Of a stretch of DNA of 64,000 nucleotides, positions 22,854 through 35,939 are shown in pieces. Each line of letters begins with the position of its first letter. Position 1 is the stretch's first letter. Source of the stretch: Ostrea edulis. Lineage: Eukaryota. The position numbers were made by a program, and so were the translations under genes. The stretch is taken from contig NC_079167.1 of the NCBI RefSeq assembly GCF_947568905.1, positions 85,994,001 to 86,058,000 on the forward strand, read 5' to 3'. The notes beneath the pieces were generated by a model, which was given only the letters and a program-made list of their open reading frames with translations, was not told where the DNA came from and searched no databases.

Positions 22854-25186
22854 AATGTTTTAACTATCAATTTTTTGCGTCATCCAACGTCATGGAAAAT
22901 GTCCAACGAGGACGATCAATCGTTCAGAAAAGCCAATATATGCTTGAATTCTTTTAATTTCTCACCGATGGTCTTGACCAAACTCTCCAAAACACACCAT
23001 ATGCAGTGTGTCTTACCAATATTTGAAAGGGGATTATATTCCATATCATTGTTACGTGACGGGAATATTCAGTTCATAGCTCCTGCAACCTCACTTTCAA
23101 AGAACCAGAGCCACGAATAGACAAAAATGGCCCTTAGTCAGAACATATTATTCTCGGGGACAGAAACCAAGAATATCTATTTTTCAAATATGTTATCCTT
23201 TTTCCGATATTTTTTCATTTTTTTTTAGTTATTGACCTTCAAAGTACCCATTGTTTTGGCCAGATTGTTATTGACGTCGCAATTTTGCAACGTAACGTCA
23301 CAATTTTACAACGTTTCATGTACTTTTACGTGAAAGTTCTCCATGTATAAAAGTGAAACAAAAACACTATTCAGCGCAATTTAATTATGATATTGTAAAT
23401 ATTTAAATCTGTGTATGTTAATTCTATATTAAAACACACACCTATATAGTATAATTGTACATCTCTTTCTCCTCTCTCTGTTTGTCTCCTTCCCTCTCTT
23501 TATATATTTTTTTTAATTTTTATATATGAAACCATTCAACAGTTTTAAAGTAATATCAATTCAGTACCTCTTTACTTAGCTTTGTTATTTAAGTATGACA
23601 TGAAGCTAAACCCAATCCCAATATTTTAACTGTAAAACCATTTATTGCACATACCGATTTTTTTTTGGGGGGGGGGGGACTTAAAATGTACATGAAAACA
23701 CGGTGGATCCAACCGTTGACTTACGAATAAGATCTATTGACCTATGTGTGTGCGTTTCAATATTACATGTAGTTGATGTTGCATATTGATCACTTCTTTT
23801 AACAATCTTTTATAAGTTTGCGGATTTTTATTTTTATTATTTATTTGGGGGGTGTTGGTGTTATTATTATCCCGCATGTACATGTAACCACGCCAAAAAC
23901 AGTAATATCCAGGCTTCGGACAGCGGCATTATTTCAGACGCACTTTGCTACATGTACAACTTTGGACAGTGAGTAAACATTTTAATCCTATGTTTCACAC
24001 TTTTATTTGTGTTTTACTATATAGGGAGTTACGTTTATGATGTGTGTGTGGGGTTTGTTTTTTTTTGGGGGGGGGGGGTAGGGAAACTGTTACAAGAGTA
24101 GCCGTACATGTACAGAATAACACATGAACATTTAGTTTAGCCATATGGATGTAATTTATTTTACATTAGGCTAAGAAAATGTTCAAGTGAACTAATAATC
24201 AGGTAAAATATGTTCCATTTATCTAATTTCATTAGTTTCCTATCCGGATCATTTATTACAATAATATCTAGACCTGTGTGTATTTCAAAATGCCTTAATT
24301 ATTACCATTAACTCCATAACATATATGAAACGAATTCATTAATTAAAAAGTCTTATTCTGATACTGCTACATATAATAGAACCAAACTCCCTCTTCGCAT
24401 ATATTTGGTTAGTGTGTAAACAAAATTAAGCGGATGTTATTTTCACATAAATAGAAACAAGAATTTTATCAATCAAGGGGTTAACACCATAAAATTTGCT
24501 TATCTTACCACTTTCACATTTCTTCCTGTCATTAGGTTTAGTTCCTTTTTCCGTTGTCAGACACTTCCTAAGCAAGACAGTGGTTTAATAATGTGTTCAG
24601 TTCTTCTCGATTGTATCTGGAGTGGATTGGAGGACTTAGCTTCGTAATTGGTTGATCAAATAACTAAAACTGTTAACTAGTGCAAGGTTTTTGTAACTAT
24701 TACCCTAACATGGTTACATATATATTCAAGTTCATAAATTGAGTATATGATCTATTTGAAATTTTGGGGGCAAAATCGATTGATGTACATAGACCGATTC
24801 CGACGATGGCGCTGATCCGGTTATATATATATATTATATATTAATATTGTTTGAAATAATCAAGATCATTTGATACATATCAAATAGTCCACAATTAATT
24901 AAGATTGGCTATTTACGAAATAAACCTGGTTCGAACTAGCTTGCCTCTTACAATTCCGCCTAACGGGGAACGAGTTAACTTTTCATTCTGCTCAAACCTT
25001 AGATTCAACACATTGTGAAAAATGATGTTCTTAATGACAATCCATTGCCATCGAGCTAATTTATTAACATCGTGCAATCTTATACGCAGCCAAACAATCC
25101 TTTACCAGTGCAGCAACAGGATGAAGCCCAAAAAAGGGACAGATAGAAGCAATACCGATCGATTGGTTTTTTATTTGTTTTGTCCA

Positions 25187-25238
25187 TGGTGAAGATAACG
25201 AACTGTGACCTATCTAATTCCTATAAGCAATACAATAA
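25187..25238 (-). mobile_element. Naiad 3' tip
   Basis: GGTGAAGATAACGAACTGTGACC..CCTATAAGCAATACAA. Confidence 0.6.
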
Positions 25239-25254
25239 AACATCTCTTCCAACA

Positions 25255-25450
25255 ATGGAATCGTCACCACTGTCGGCGATGGGTTGCTAAACTTTGGCCT
25301 GAGTTAGGCGTTTTCTCGGCCACTTAGCGGGGAGCCTCAGCCTCAGCGATTTTTATCAAGCCACCTGTGACTCGGACCCGCGGTTTAATTTGACGGCCTG
25401 TTACAACTGCGATGGGTGCTGTGGACTTTTCTATCCTGGATCCCCACGGG
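25255..25450 (-). mobile_element. Degenerate copy of the headless SINE family seen at 16953
   Basis: Minus strand begins CCCGTGGGGATCCAGGATAGAAAAGTCCACAGCACCC; also AAACCGCGGGTCCGAGTCACAGGTGGC..GATAAAAATC and GGTGACGA near the tail. Confidence 0.65.
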
Positions 25451-27489
25451 ACTTGAGTCCGAGACTAGGAGGGCAAGGCAGTGAAGCACGACAACGCTGG
25501 TCCTCCCCCTCCCCTGAAGGCAGGAGGTACCTATTCAGCCGACGATAGTCGTCTAATCCCTGACGAAGGCTACCATCCCTTCTCAAGGTCAACATGGTGA
25601 GTCGCTGCATTTATTTGACATTCCTTAATATTCACTTAGTTCAAATTCTACCGGCTGTCGTAAAGCACTCGCACAACATAGCCCATAGGGCGATACCATA
25701 CTCGGACTTAGTTTCTGTATGTATCTTCTGGCAGCTGCCATATGTAAATTCATATCCTGGTCATGTCCTCCACCACCTAATATACCTAGCATTGCCGGTG
25801 CTCTATTATTATGTATCCCAATGGTAAACCTATGGCACAATTTTGATTGTATCTATTTGGCCAAAATGCCATTCATGATTCAAGGTACTTGGTTAACGTA
25901 GGTTTCATGACCTTTCAATGGGCATGGCTAGCGAGTCGGTCAAGCAAAGGGCACCAGATAGTCAGATCATGCTACAAATTCCAAGGCTTGCTTACTCTTA
26001 ATTCGTCCCATTCTGTAATCAGTTCATTATGTCGCGTTACTTTGTATTTATTCATTTACATGTCATACACAGGTGAACCTGGATAACGTTAAGGTATACC
26101 TGATTGTGCCATGTCGGCACTGCATAGACCAGGGGCTCGGACCTCAACCTACCACGAGGTTCAATTTGCAATGTGGCCAACCACTACATTATCTCGTTAG
26201 GTTTACTTGCTAGGCATTATTGGGCCCAAGTTTCATGGTAGGCATTGCTATTCACGGCCACAGGGATTCACGGGTTTTTACTACAGCACGATCACAATTG
26301 TAGGTACCAAAGACCTCACCGGTCAATTTATGCAGAGTTATTAACTTCATAGTACTTATATATTATTAACATCCCTATGCAATTGCGCGGTATTCTTACT
26401 ATTTCAGCAATATGCCTCTTTTTATTTTATGTAGTTTACAGATGATTCCGACAACGTACGTGACGTGGAGCGTTATATGCTATTTCGTACACACGTTTCA
26501 GGTATGTGCTAGAACCAGCAGCACAGCGTAAGAGTCGCAGTATATTCTCACCTTGTCGTTCTGAGGATATTTAGCACTTTCCATAGCACAGAGACCCTAG
26601 TTCCATATTATTAGTTGCATTTAATTGCAGTTTTTGTTTCCGATAATTGTCCACAATCTCAATTTAAGTTCGGACTTGCAGATTGTTGATCGGTTCGTTG
26701 TTGTTTATTCTCAATGTCAAGCCTAACCAAAAGTTATTGTTTGGTTAACTTTAAGTCAATCACAATCCATTCCATTTTCATGTAAATAATTGACTGGTTT
26801 TGTCTCAGATCTATTCGGCGTTGAATTTTTCTTTCCATGATTCATTCATTAGGCATTTATTGGAGTGTGTATGGTTCCAGCAGTCGCGAAACCACGTCAG
26901 GAAGTGTCATGTTTTGTTATCCAACTTTTTCCGAGGAGGCCTGGCTTTGAGGGTAGAGGCTTAGGGGTGTTAATGGGCTGGGTAATTTTCGTATTTTGGC
27001 TCGAGTAATCGGTCTTAATTTTAATTCTTAGCTGAGTTTGGGTTAATTCTCACTGGCTCTGGAACGTTTGGATTAGTTTGACGAATTTATGAGGAATTTT
27101 CGGTCGAAAAAGTTTGATCCATTACAGTTCATTGTTTTATCTTAGGAATCGCCGAAAATGGTATTTAGCAATGTGCCATTTTGCTATCATTACCTTAATT
27201 TTTAAGGAAGTATTTGGGACTTGTAGTTAGATCTTTTTTGACGGAATTCAGACTTCAAAATTCTTCTAGAATTTTCTGCTGAAACTCTTCAGAATCAATC
27301 GGAATCCCTTAGAGGTATACCAGTTTCAGTTATGGGACGTAATTTTCGTCCAGTAGGACTGGGAGATGGTTTGCCAAATTGGTGTTAGGAAATTTTGTCC
27401 AATATTTGCTTTCCATCATAGGAGTTATTCAGAGCTGACAAGTCTTATAGTCCGGCTGAACTGCGACCACTTTGTTGTTAATCTTACGT

Positions 27490-28100
27490 CACCTTTGAGA
27501 TTACACATTTTGAAATGGTCATTTCAGAATTCAGTCTAATTTTAGTCAGGAATCCTGAAGTTTTAGCTATTCCCTTGAAAAATCCAGGAAATTCAAATAA
27601 TTTACAACTTCACAATCACTATCAAAATGTGTCAATTTGGTGATACCAGTGACCTCTTGGTTAAGTCACCATTTCTTGAGAGTACACAAGGGGGGTTCGA
27701 AGGGGGTAGCATAGAGATAAACGCTCTCCCATTGTGCCTCCAGGTGACCTGGGTGACGGACGAGAGTGCGCATCGCCCACACCGCAGAATTGAGATGACC
27801 TTGTTAATTTATTACCTTCGAGGTTACACTTTTTGCAATGATCAACTTCAGAATTCAATCTAATTACTGGTCGGAAATCCTGAAAGTTTTAAATATTCCC
27901 ACGAAAATTACAGGAAATGCAGATAATCTTCAAGTTGAGAGCGATTACCGAAATGTGTCAATTAGGTGATAACTTGGTCTTAGTAACCATTGCTTGAGAG
28001 TGCACAGGGGGTTGGGAGAGGGGAGCGTAGAGATAAATGCTCTCCCCTCGCGCCTGCGGGCCCTGGGCGACGACGAGGGTCCACGTCGCCCACCCCACTG
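27490..28100. repeat. Diverged ~324-bp tandem duplication within an unclassified GC-richer region
   Basis: CAGAATTCA at 27525 and 27849; AAATGTGTCAATT.GGTGATA, CTTGAGAGT.CACA.GGGG, AGAGATAAA.GCTCTCCC and CATCGCCCAC/CGTCGCCCAC recur in the same order. Confidence 0.8.
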
Positions 28101-29479
28101 TTTAAGTGCCTCCAATTTCAAGTATGCATGAAGAAAAAAGGATGAAGAAACATACAAATATCAATTTTTGTGGGGGACATTGTTCCAATGTCTGTGGCGG
28201 ACTGGGGAGTGCGTTGGGGTAGTTGATCACTAATTCTGCCCCAAAACCGGCTCTCCTCCCACCTACTACTAAAGCAGGGGGCAGGTATTTCACGTGTACC
28301 CTCCAGACGACCATTAAACTAGGTCAAGGGTCAGTGGATATTCATAGAAAATACTAATTTCTTGCATAAGTTGCTAAAATTTAATTCGTGGGGCTCTCAG
28401 CTAGTTCATAGCTGGGGCCACATCCACCTCCTATTAAGGGAGGGGATGCTGCAGGCTGGTGCATGTTGCGATAACTGTAGGAGGGTCTACAAGCTTGCTC
28501 CGCATTTGCTAATTAAACCAGATAGCACACAGGAGACCGGTGAGATGCGCAGAGATCTCTACCTCCCTTAGAACTTGGGTCTCGTTCAGGTTCGGGCACC
28601 TATGTCCACATAGGGCCCCCTGTGTTGCCCCTACTTTGGTAGTCAAACTGGCACACTGGCCGCCTCCCCAGTTGCCCACAAAAAGTTTTCATGCGACCCT
28701 TTCCACCATATATGTAAATTTGCATCCTGTTTCTGATCCAATTAATAAATATTAAACTTGTATCACTCTTGTCATTGCAGCTGCTAAGCAGCTTATGAGG
28801 GATTACAGGGCAGCCAGTTAAGCTTCGACACACTTACTGGTCTATTCAGATATTAGGTTAAGGTCACTATTCAATTCGGGCAATAGGTCAGATGTCTTGC
28901 GGCTGGTTGTGCTGTACATTAAGTTTATTTTAGCACAATGGCTTCTCTAGGTAAATTTAACTTACCCTAGGTCAGGTCATGGTCATAAAGCCAATTCTTT
29001 TATTAATCATATTTTATTAACTTTGAATAATTACTGGTTTCGTAAAAAGACAATGGAACAATCCCCAACTATAATATTTAAATATTACGATTTGTATTAA
29101 ACCTATCGTTTGGAAAAGTATTCGGATTTCGTGCATGGAATGTGAAATTCCGGTTATTTGCAGAACATAAAAAGTAAAAATTCACTTATCCCCAAGGCCT
29201 CGATCCAAAACAAAACTCTTAACTTCTATGCAGTATGTAATATACTGATTTACAATTCATTAAGATTCATTGGATCGATGCCCGGGGGTTATACAATTTT
29301 TTGGTGCATATTGTTGGATATTATTAGCTTTTACAAAAATAACATAACTGTTATGGGTTCTGCATGTTATAATTTCTATATGCGTGAATTTTCGCGAAAA
29401 AAACACACTGGATTTATAAAGAAGAAGGTCTAAGCTATTTCATACCATGATGAAATATTTGAATGAAGATACTTTATTT

Positions 29480-32400
29480 TATTCAAAATCACAGGGCCAT
29501 ATTTGGGTATTCGTGGCTCTTGTTCGTTTTACATAATCTCAGAGGATACGATATTCATCTCGTCACGTCGATAAGCGGGAAAATGAAATATAAAAGAATA
29601 AATTGTATTCTGGAAAACCACAAGAAATACACCATATTTAATGGTTTTGGAGATTTGGAGAGCATATGGAAACAGGAGAGAACTCACGAACATGTCTTCT
29701 CGGAAAGGTAAGAATATACGTTTATTTCCATGATGAATTTATGAGACGTACGATGAATTAAATATTTTGGTACATAATCAATATAAATTAACAAACTGTA
29801 TTGATTTTTTTCCTTTTAGTTGATTACTATATCACACAAACAACTATACCTTCTTCATCTAACCACTTCATTAGTTTGAGAAGAATTTATTATGATAACT
29901 AATACTCAAATTATTAATGTTGAAATTATTTTACAGACAAAAAATAAGCCTGCTGGTCAGTTTACCTTTGATGAATGTGGAAAGTATTTCACTCGAATAT
30001 CCAATTTGCCCAAAAGTCTGAAAACACCGACAAAGAAAATGCATGTCTTTATCAAGGATTTTCCGTATTCTGCCATTGACTGGGAGTTTCCAGACTCGGA
30101 TCCTTTGTTATTGTCTAACATAATCTTACTGAATTTTCTCAAAGCGGAGGTTTTCCATCGACATTTCTTTGGCCATGCTCATTTTTGCTAGACACTGTCT
30201 GAAACCGTACGAGAAACCCTTACAACACAATTGCGACAAGTAATGTAACGTCTGTCAGTCATACGACTGTAGGAAATGAGAGGACCTGATTTCGAATCCA
30301 TGGGACTACACGAACGGAAATGCCATCGGAAGAAGATAAATGGTTGCGATACGGCGACGTTTCTAAGCAACTCAAAGTTTCATATGTTATCTATGCCGAC
30401 TTTGAGTGTATTTTAAAGAAAGTACACGAATGTCAACCGGATCTTATGTGTAAAATAACATACTGTTCATCTGAATTACTCTCGGTCTAAAAAAAAAAAA
30501 AAAAAAAAGGTAAAAACATCATTGGAAATTCTGTGTCTGGAATGTTATTGGAGAAACTGGATATGGTCTATTAAGAAAAAGCAATTGATTATTGTTCGTA
30601 TACTTAGTTGTTGATTGACCGTATTTTTATTTTCATTTGTTGTAATTCTATTCGTTAAATATAACCATCACTTGATACCACTCCAATGTCTTTGACTTGC
30701 GGAAATGCGAGAAAAAGGTTATATCTTTGAGAATAAGATTCTTAACCATATAAATTCATCCTTGTATAATTGTAAGTCATGACAGTTTTTTTTTTCTTTC
30801 TTTCTCATGCAAATAATTTCATCCATGTGTAATTACAGATCACAAGACCATAACTTGAGAATAAACTTAAGTCTAAATTTCGAATCCATCTAACTTTTGA
30901 AATAATTTTTAGAAATAAATAAAATGTGTACTATATGTTTTGTTTTGATATGTCTTAGATAAATCTGAAGGTATAGGTAATCAAAATTTAGACTTATGTC
31001 TATGGACTTAAGACCAGGTAGTGTATTGTCATAAGTGACATCATAAAACTCGTCCATAAAATTCATCCTTGTATAATTAGATATAAATACGATTTGATAT
31101 TATATGATATTTTTTCTCATCTTCTTCATATTTGTTTTCTTCTTCCTTTTTCAATTAATGAAACATAAATAATTCACAAAGTAATCTCATTGTCCACCTG
31201 ATTTAATATAGAAGTGAGAATATGTAAACAAAACAGAACGTATGACATTGACCTGTATAATATATATCACATCTTTATGTACATGATATATACAATAAGA
31301 GGATATATTAAAATTAAAATGACATTCACCCTCTATACAAGTTCTCTACTGGAACGTTAAAGAAGACAAAGATTTGTTCGACTTCAGCGCATACCCTAGA
31401 CAACATCCTCTGTATGGTGTGACCAACAAGAAAGTGATTGGTAAAACGAAGGACGAGACCCCAATAAGAAAATTCTCTCTTTCAATCACACACAGTTCTG
31501 CGAGCACTGCCTCGTTCCTATTGAGAAACCATACTGTCACAACTACGAGTGAGACATATACGACAAAAATATTTTATTCAATGACTAAAGATCCCCACAG
31601 AGTTATGAAATATTTAAAAATTGCATCAATTCTTCAAGAAAACAAACATGCCCTAGATAGAGGTTTTTCTCTGTGCAAAATCACATCAATTTTCAATAAT
31701 ATATATACATAATCTCGTACTAAATTCTAAATATGATAATTGTCAATAGTAAAATTAAGTACATGTTGCCTCTGTGTTGATTATAATCTAAATTAAATTT
31801 CTTACTTCTACAGTAATTTTTTTTTTCATAACGAGTAAGGTAGGTACAAATACCTGAATACACATGTTTTAAATTCAATTGCTTGAACAGTGAAACTATC
31901 CGTCAAATACGAGGATATATCCATCGATGCATAGAGGTGAAATGAGTATTAGATTTTGTCATCCCAAAAGACTTTCACGAATCTCATGCACATTTCTGTG
32001 AGCACTGGCTGGTGCCTTATGAAAAACCATACCGACATAACTATGTGAAACATTGCAACGTATGTTTATCCTAAAACTACTGGAAAGATGAAAAACTCCC
32101 GTATGGGGACTGTGATCGGACGTGTCGCTCTCCGGGGTGTTACCGGAGACATAAGACCGTGAACGAGAAAGGCACCGCTCCCTGTCACCTAATGTACAAG
32201 TGTACCATCTGCCTGCAGACTTTCCGCGTCTCAGAGCAAAAGAGGAACTTTAGAATTTAAGATTAATGTATTTGAACAATCCTACAGTTATTGAACATCA
32301 TGAGTACGCATGTGTAGAGTTGGCGGCAAAAAGTGTAATAGAGAGGACAGAGGAAACCTCAAGAAATAATGATACCTGCCGACGATCAAACCAGATTCAA

Positions 32401-33215
32401 CCCCTTAACCTTCCTCAAATCTTGTGAAGAGAAAATGATATCCATATTGAAAGAAGCATTAATCAAGAGAAGAGGAATCAAGTTTTATCCAACTTTACAG
32501 GTATTTTTTGTTTTCATTCTTTTGGCTTTGACACCAAAGACACAATAGTAAGCGAAGCCCTCCCACCTCGGTATTTAACATATGCAACTAAGATTTAAAC
32601 ACATGACTGGAAGATCAGCCCAGAATGCCTTTAATCTCAACTTGAAGCACAGGGAGAGAATTTCCATTTTACCTACTTAATAACTTTTTAAGTAATTTCG
32701 TTTATTTGTTAATGTTTTCCCCAATGATCACAGAGGATATGATTTACATCTGACCATGTCGGTAGTGAGGAAATTGAAATGCTATACACGGGATTAATTT
32801 CATGGATTGTAAATTTCACGGATCTGCAATAAGGAATTTGAGGATGATGAAACTATCGTTCGAGACAATTGCAAGTGATGGGAAAATTCCGTGGTGCTGC
32901 ACAGAATGCATGTAACCTGAGTTATCAGTTGCGCGAGCGAATCCCCGTCTTCTTCCACAATCTGAAAGGATATGACGCTCACCACATCATGAGTGTCATT
33001 GGAAAAGAAAAACGTAAGAAGATTATCCCACAAAACCACGAAAAATACATTTCGTTTTCATTGGAAAAGTGGTCTTCGTCAATCTAGGAAAAGGAGGCAT
33101 CCATACATGTCCTCATCTCCGAACATACGTCGTGTCCACTCACTAAGGAAACTACATGTGCACAGCAGAGAGGTCGTGTATCTGTACCTCTACACAAATT
33201 CTTTCAAGTGATTTC
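29480..33215 (+). mobile_element. Fragmented Polinton/Maverick (adintovirus-like) protein-primed DNA polymerase B relics
   Basis: HNLRGYDIH (~29530); EMPSEEDKWLRY..KQLKVSYVIYADFECIL (30318-30420); DLFDFSAYPRQHPLY..NKKVIGKTKDE (31370-31460); FLKSCEEKMI..RGIKFYPTLQV (~32410-32500); ICNKEF..VRDNC..GKFRGAAQNACNL..IPVFFHNLKGYDAHHIM..NHEKYISFSL (32822-33065); EVVYLYLYTNSFK, resembling KGVYPYEYMDSF (~33170-33210). Confidence 0.8.
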
Positions 33216-35108
33216 ATCGACGCATAAAGGAGAAATAAGTTTAAATAATGTTAACTTATGTGTATTTTTTTTTATTTCTCTTTAATAAAAGTTGTATCCA
33301 TTGTATCCGACTTGTCATTATTATGTCTTGTTCGAGATGCAATCACTCGATATCCATACCAGTATCGCCCTCTAAATGTTGATAGATTGTCACCTTAATT
33401 ATCGCCACTCTTGTTAAAAACCGAATGAGAGGATCCATTTTCTCCGACTGTGTGTATCAATTTAAATCTATTCTATTTGAGCTCGTCTTACAACTTCCGG
33501 GAAATGTAAACCATACGTGTTACTGATGACTCGTACACGGAAGTAACTTGTTTCCGATGCATGTACCCAGAACTGTGTTTTCCCTGACAATTCTAAATGT
33601 CTTTTCAATACTGGATTGATTATTTGTGAAACTCTACCGATTCGTGTCTTAAAGCGACATCTGTCTACGGCCAACATAATCCATACTCCTTTTTAGTCCT
33701 TGTAAGGAATCTCAAACAATATAGCCTCATGTACAAATCTTACACACTTTCTGGTATTCATCGCGTTGGCTAAATTCGATAAACGGACGGTTTTCTTATT
33801 TCATTCTTGTGCAAGTTCACTGATTTCGTTGAGTTTTAATGCTCTCTTCATTGCTACATCAATCATTCCCGATCAATAGGATTTCCGTAACAAGTTAAAC
33901 TACATGACTTCATCCCTCCCCATTCACACGCTCATTTCCTGGTACACGGTACACATGTACTTGGATCCTCAAATTCGTGGACCCTCAAATTGGGTTATAA
34001 TGTCCTACTCTATACTACTCTCATGTACATAAATAATATCATCTGCTATATATAAAAAAAACAATATGAATTTTTCTGCTATATAATCTAGATATTTTTA
34101 TGCGTTTGAAAAGTGCAAGGACCAATTTCTAGCTTGTATATTAACGGTATGATATATATATAAGAATGTGGACAACCCCGGTAATTCGCTGATGACTGTT
34201 GATATGTTGTTAAACTACAGCATGGTTAGTTTGAGTATGCATTTGATCCCAACACTTTTCATGTTAAGGGTTTTTATTTTGTTCTGAGTATATCAATAAA
34301 AATTCAGCTGGTTACCCGCATGAACCTGAACTTTTGTTAACAAGTAGGGCCTCTTGCTGTTTTCCAAAAATAAAGTGCTATGTGATATTTAACTGTCGTC
34401 ACGGGAAATTACCAAGTGGGGAATTTCCGGTAGCTCAGTCACAGTCAATACATGGGTAGTATCGTTTCGGTGTTTAACCGTAACAAGTGTAATGATACCT
34501 GTGAATCTGAGGTGCAATTTCACCCCGTGATTATTGTGCATTTGAATATGGAACCCCTTAACCTAGTTGCGAATGCTTTTTTAAAAAATGTTTTCTTTTA
34601 CATATCCTTAATTCTGAATTATTATTTTCGTTTTCATGAATAATTTCTTTTCACGAGATGGGTGTATTGGGTTCTTTTGGCTGCTATTAATTATTTCCTC
34701 ATGCAAATATTTGAAAATACAATGCTTTTCAGATGAAAATTGTGGCTCCATAACGTTTTCATCCTCTATATCCAGAATATAACACTCATTAAGATGATAT
34801 TCGCAGTGCTTTCATTAAATTTCTTAAATTTTGATTGTGCAGTGAAAATGCTCTCCCCATCAGAGGACGAGATGTTGATATGGCCCAGTACTATATAGCG
34901 AGTGAATATAAAACCTGCAGTACAAGACTACTTACCTGACACTGTCCAGTAAGTGAACAAAAAAAAACAGACTTCTACACAAGACTGGTTATATTGTCAG
35001 ACTATTAAAAAAATAGCTTTATTCATAATTATCATTGGCAATGGGTTACCTGAGTCTGTCCATTCTTAGAACAAAACATGTAATGTTTTAAGTAGGATAT
35101 AAACCTCC

Positions 35109-35189
35109 AACTGTCCATTCTGTGAGAGAAAGAACTAATATTGGCCCTACGGGCCTCGATCAGTTCTTTCTCTCACAGAATGGACAGTT
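35109..35189. mobile_element. Palindromic end of a non-autonomous relative of the Crypton-like element at 46114
   Basis: Perfect 28-bp inverted repeat AACTGTCCATTCTGTGAGAGAAAGAACT around GGCCC-(T)AC-GGGCC; the element and its flank match 46114-46230 in reverse orientation. Confidence 0.7.
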
Positions 35190-35939
35190 TTTGGCTGATA
35201 TCCTTTACATATGTTGTGTTCTATTCATCTCAGAAAAGGAAAAGTGGGAACGTAAAACACCGATTAAGGATCCGAAACGATCCTTTGTGTTATAATATAT
35301 ACCTCAGAACAATATCATACACGGTGAACATAGAATTTGATTAGTCGTAAAGTTTTATCGATAGACTGTTCCCATAACTAGAGTTTCTTTTAAATCACAT
35401 CAAATTTATACCCAGGATTAAAGAATTTTACTATAGGGACAACAGATATCAGTGATGTGTGAAGGTTATTTAAATGACCGGTTTAAAAGCCCCGTTTGTT
35501 GTATTGTAAACCCAAACGGGGAACGGAAAAACACCGATAAAGAATCCGAAACGGTCCTTTGTAATTCTTCACAGTACAATTCATACAATGACGTCACTAA
35601 GATGTGGCATAACCCGATTAGGAATCGCGTTTCTTTGTGTCGATGAACAATACCTCCATTGAATTTGATCAGGTTTACTCCCCCTGTACCATCTCTTCGA
35701 TTCGTCGATCCCATAAGTAGGTCGAAGCTTTTATATGACCCTTTCGATTCTTCTCGAGAACAATACAATATCTTAAAATAATCGGTAAAATCCCGGTAAT
35801 CAATAGATCGGTTATCAATAGATCTTATCTAAAAATAAGTGGAAACCCCTTTACCAATATACCTATTGTTCTTGAGAACAATAGGGCTATCTAAAAATAA
35901 CTGGAAAAACGTTGGGTTTTTCCAGCTATTTTTAGTCAT

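Noticed and set aside
25455-28990. DIRS/Ngaro tyrosine recombinase retrotransposon call
   Set aside because: No RT, RNase H or HSxRxG motif could be read in any frame; kept only as unclassified
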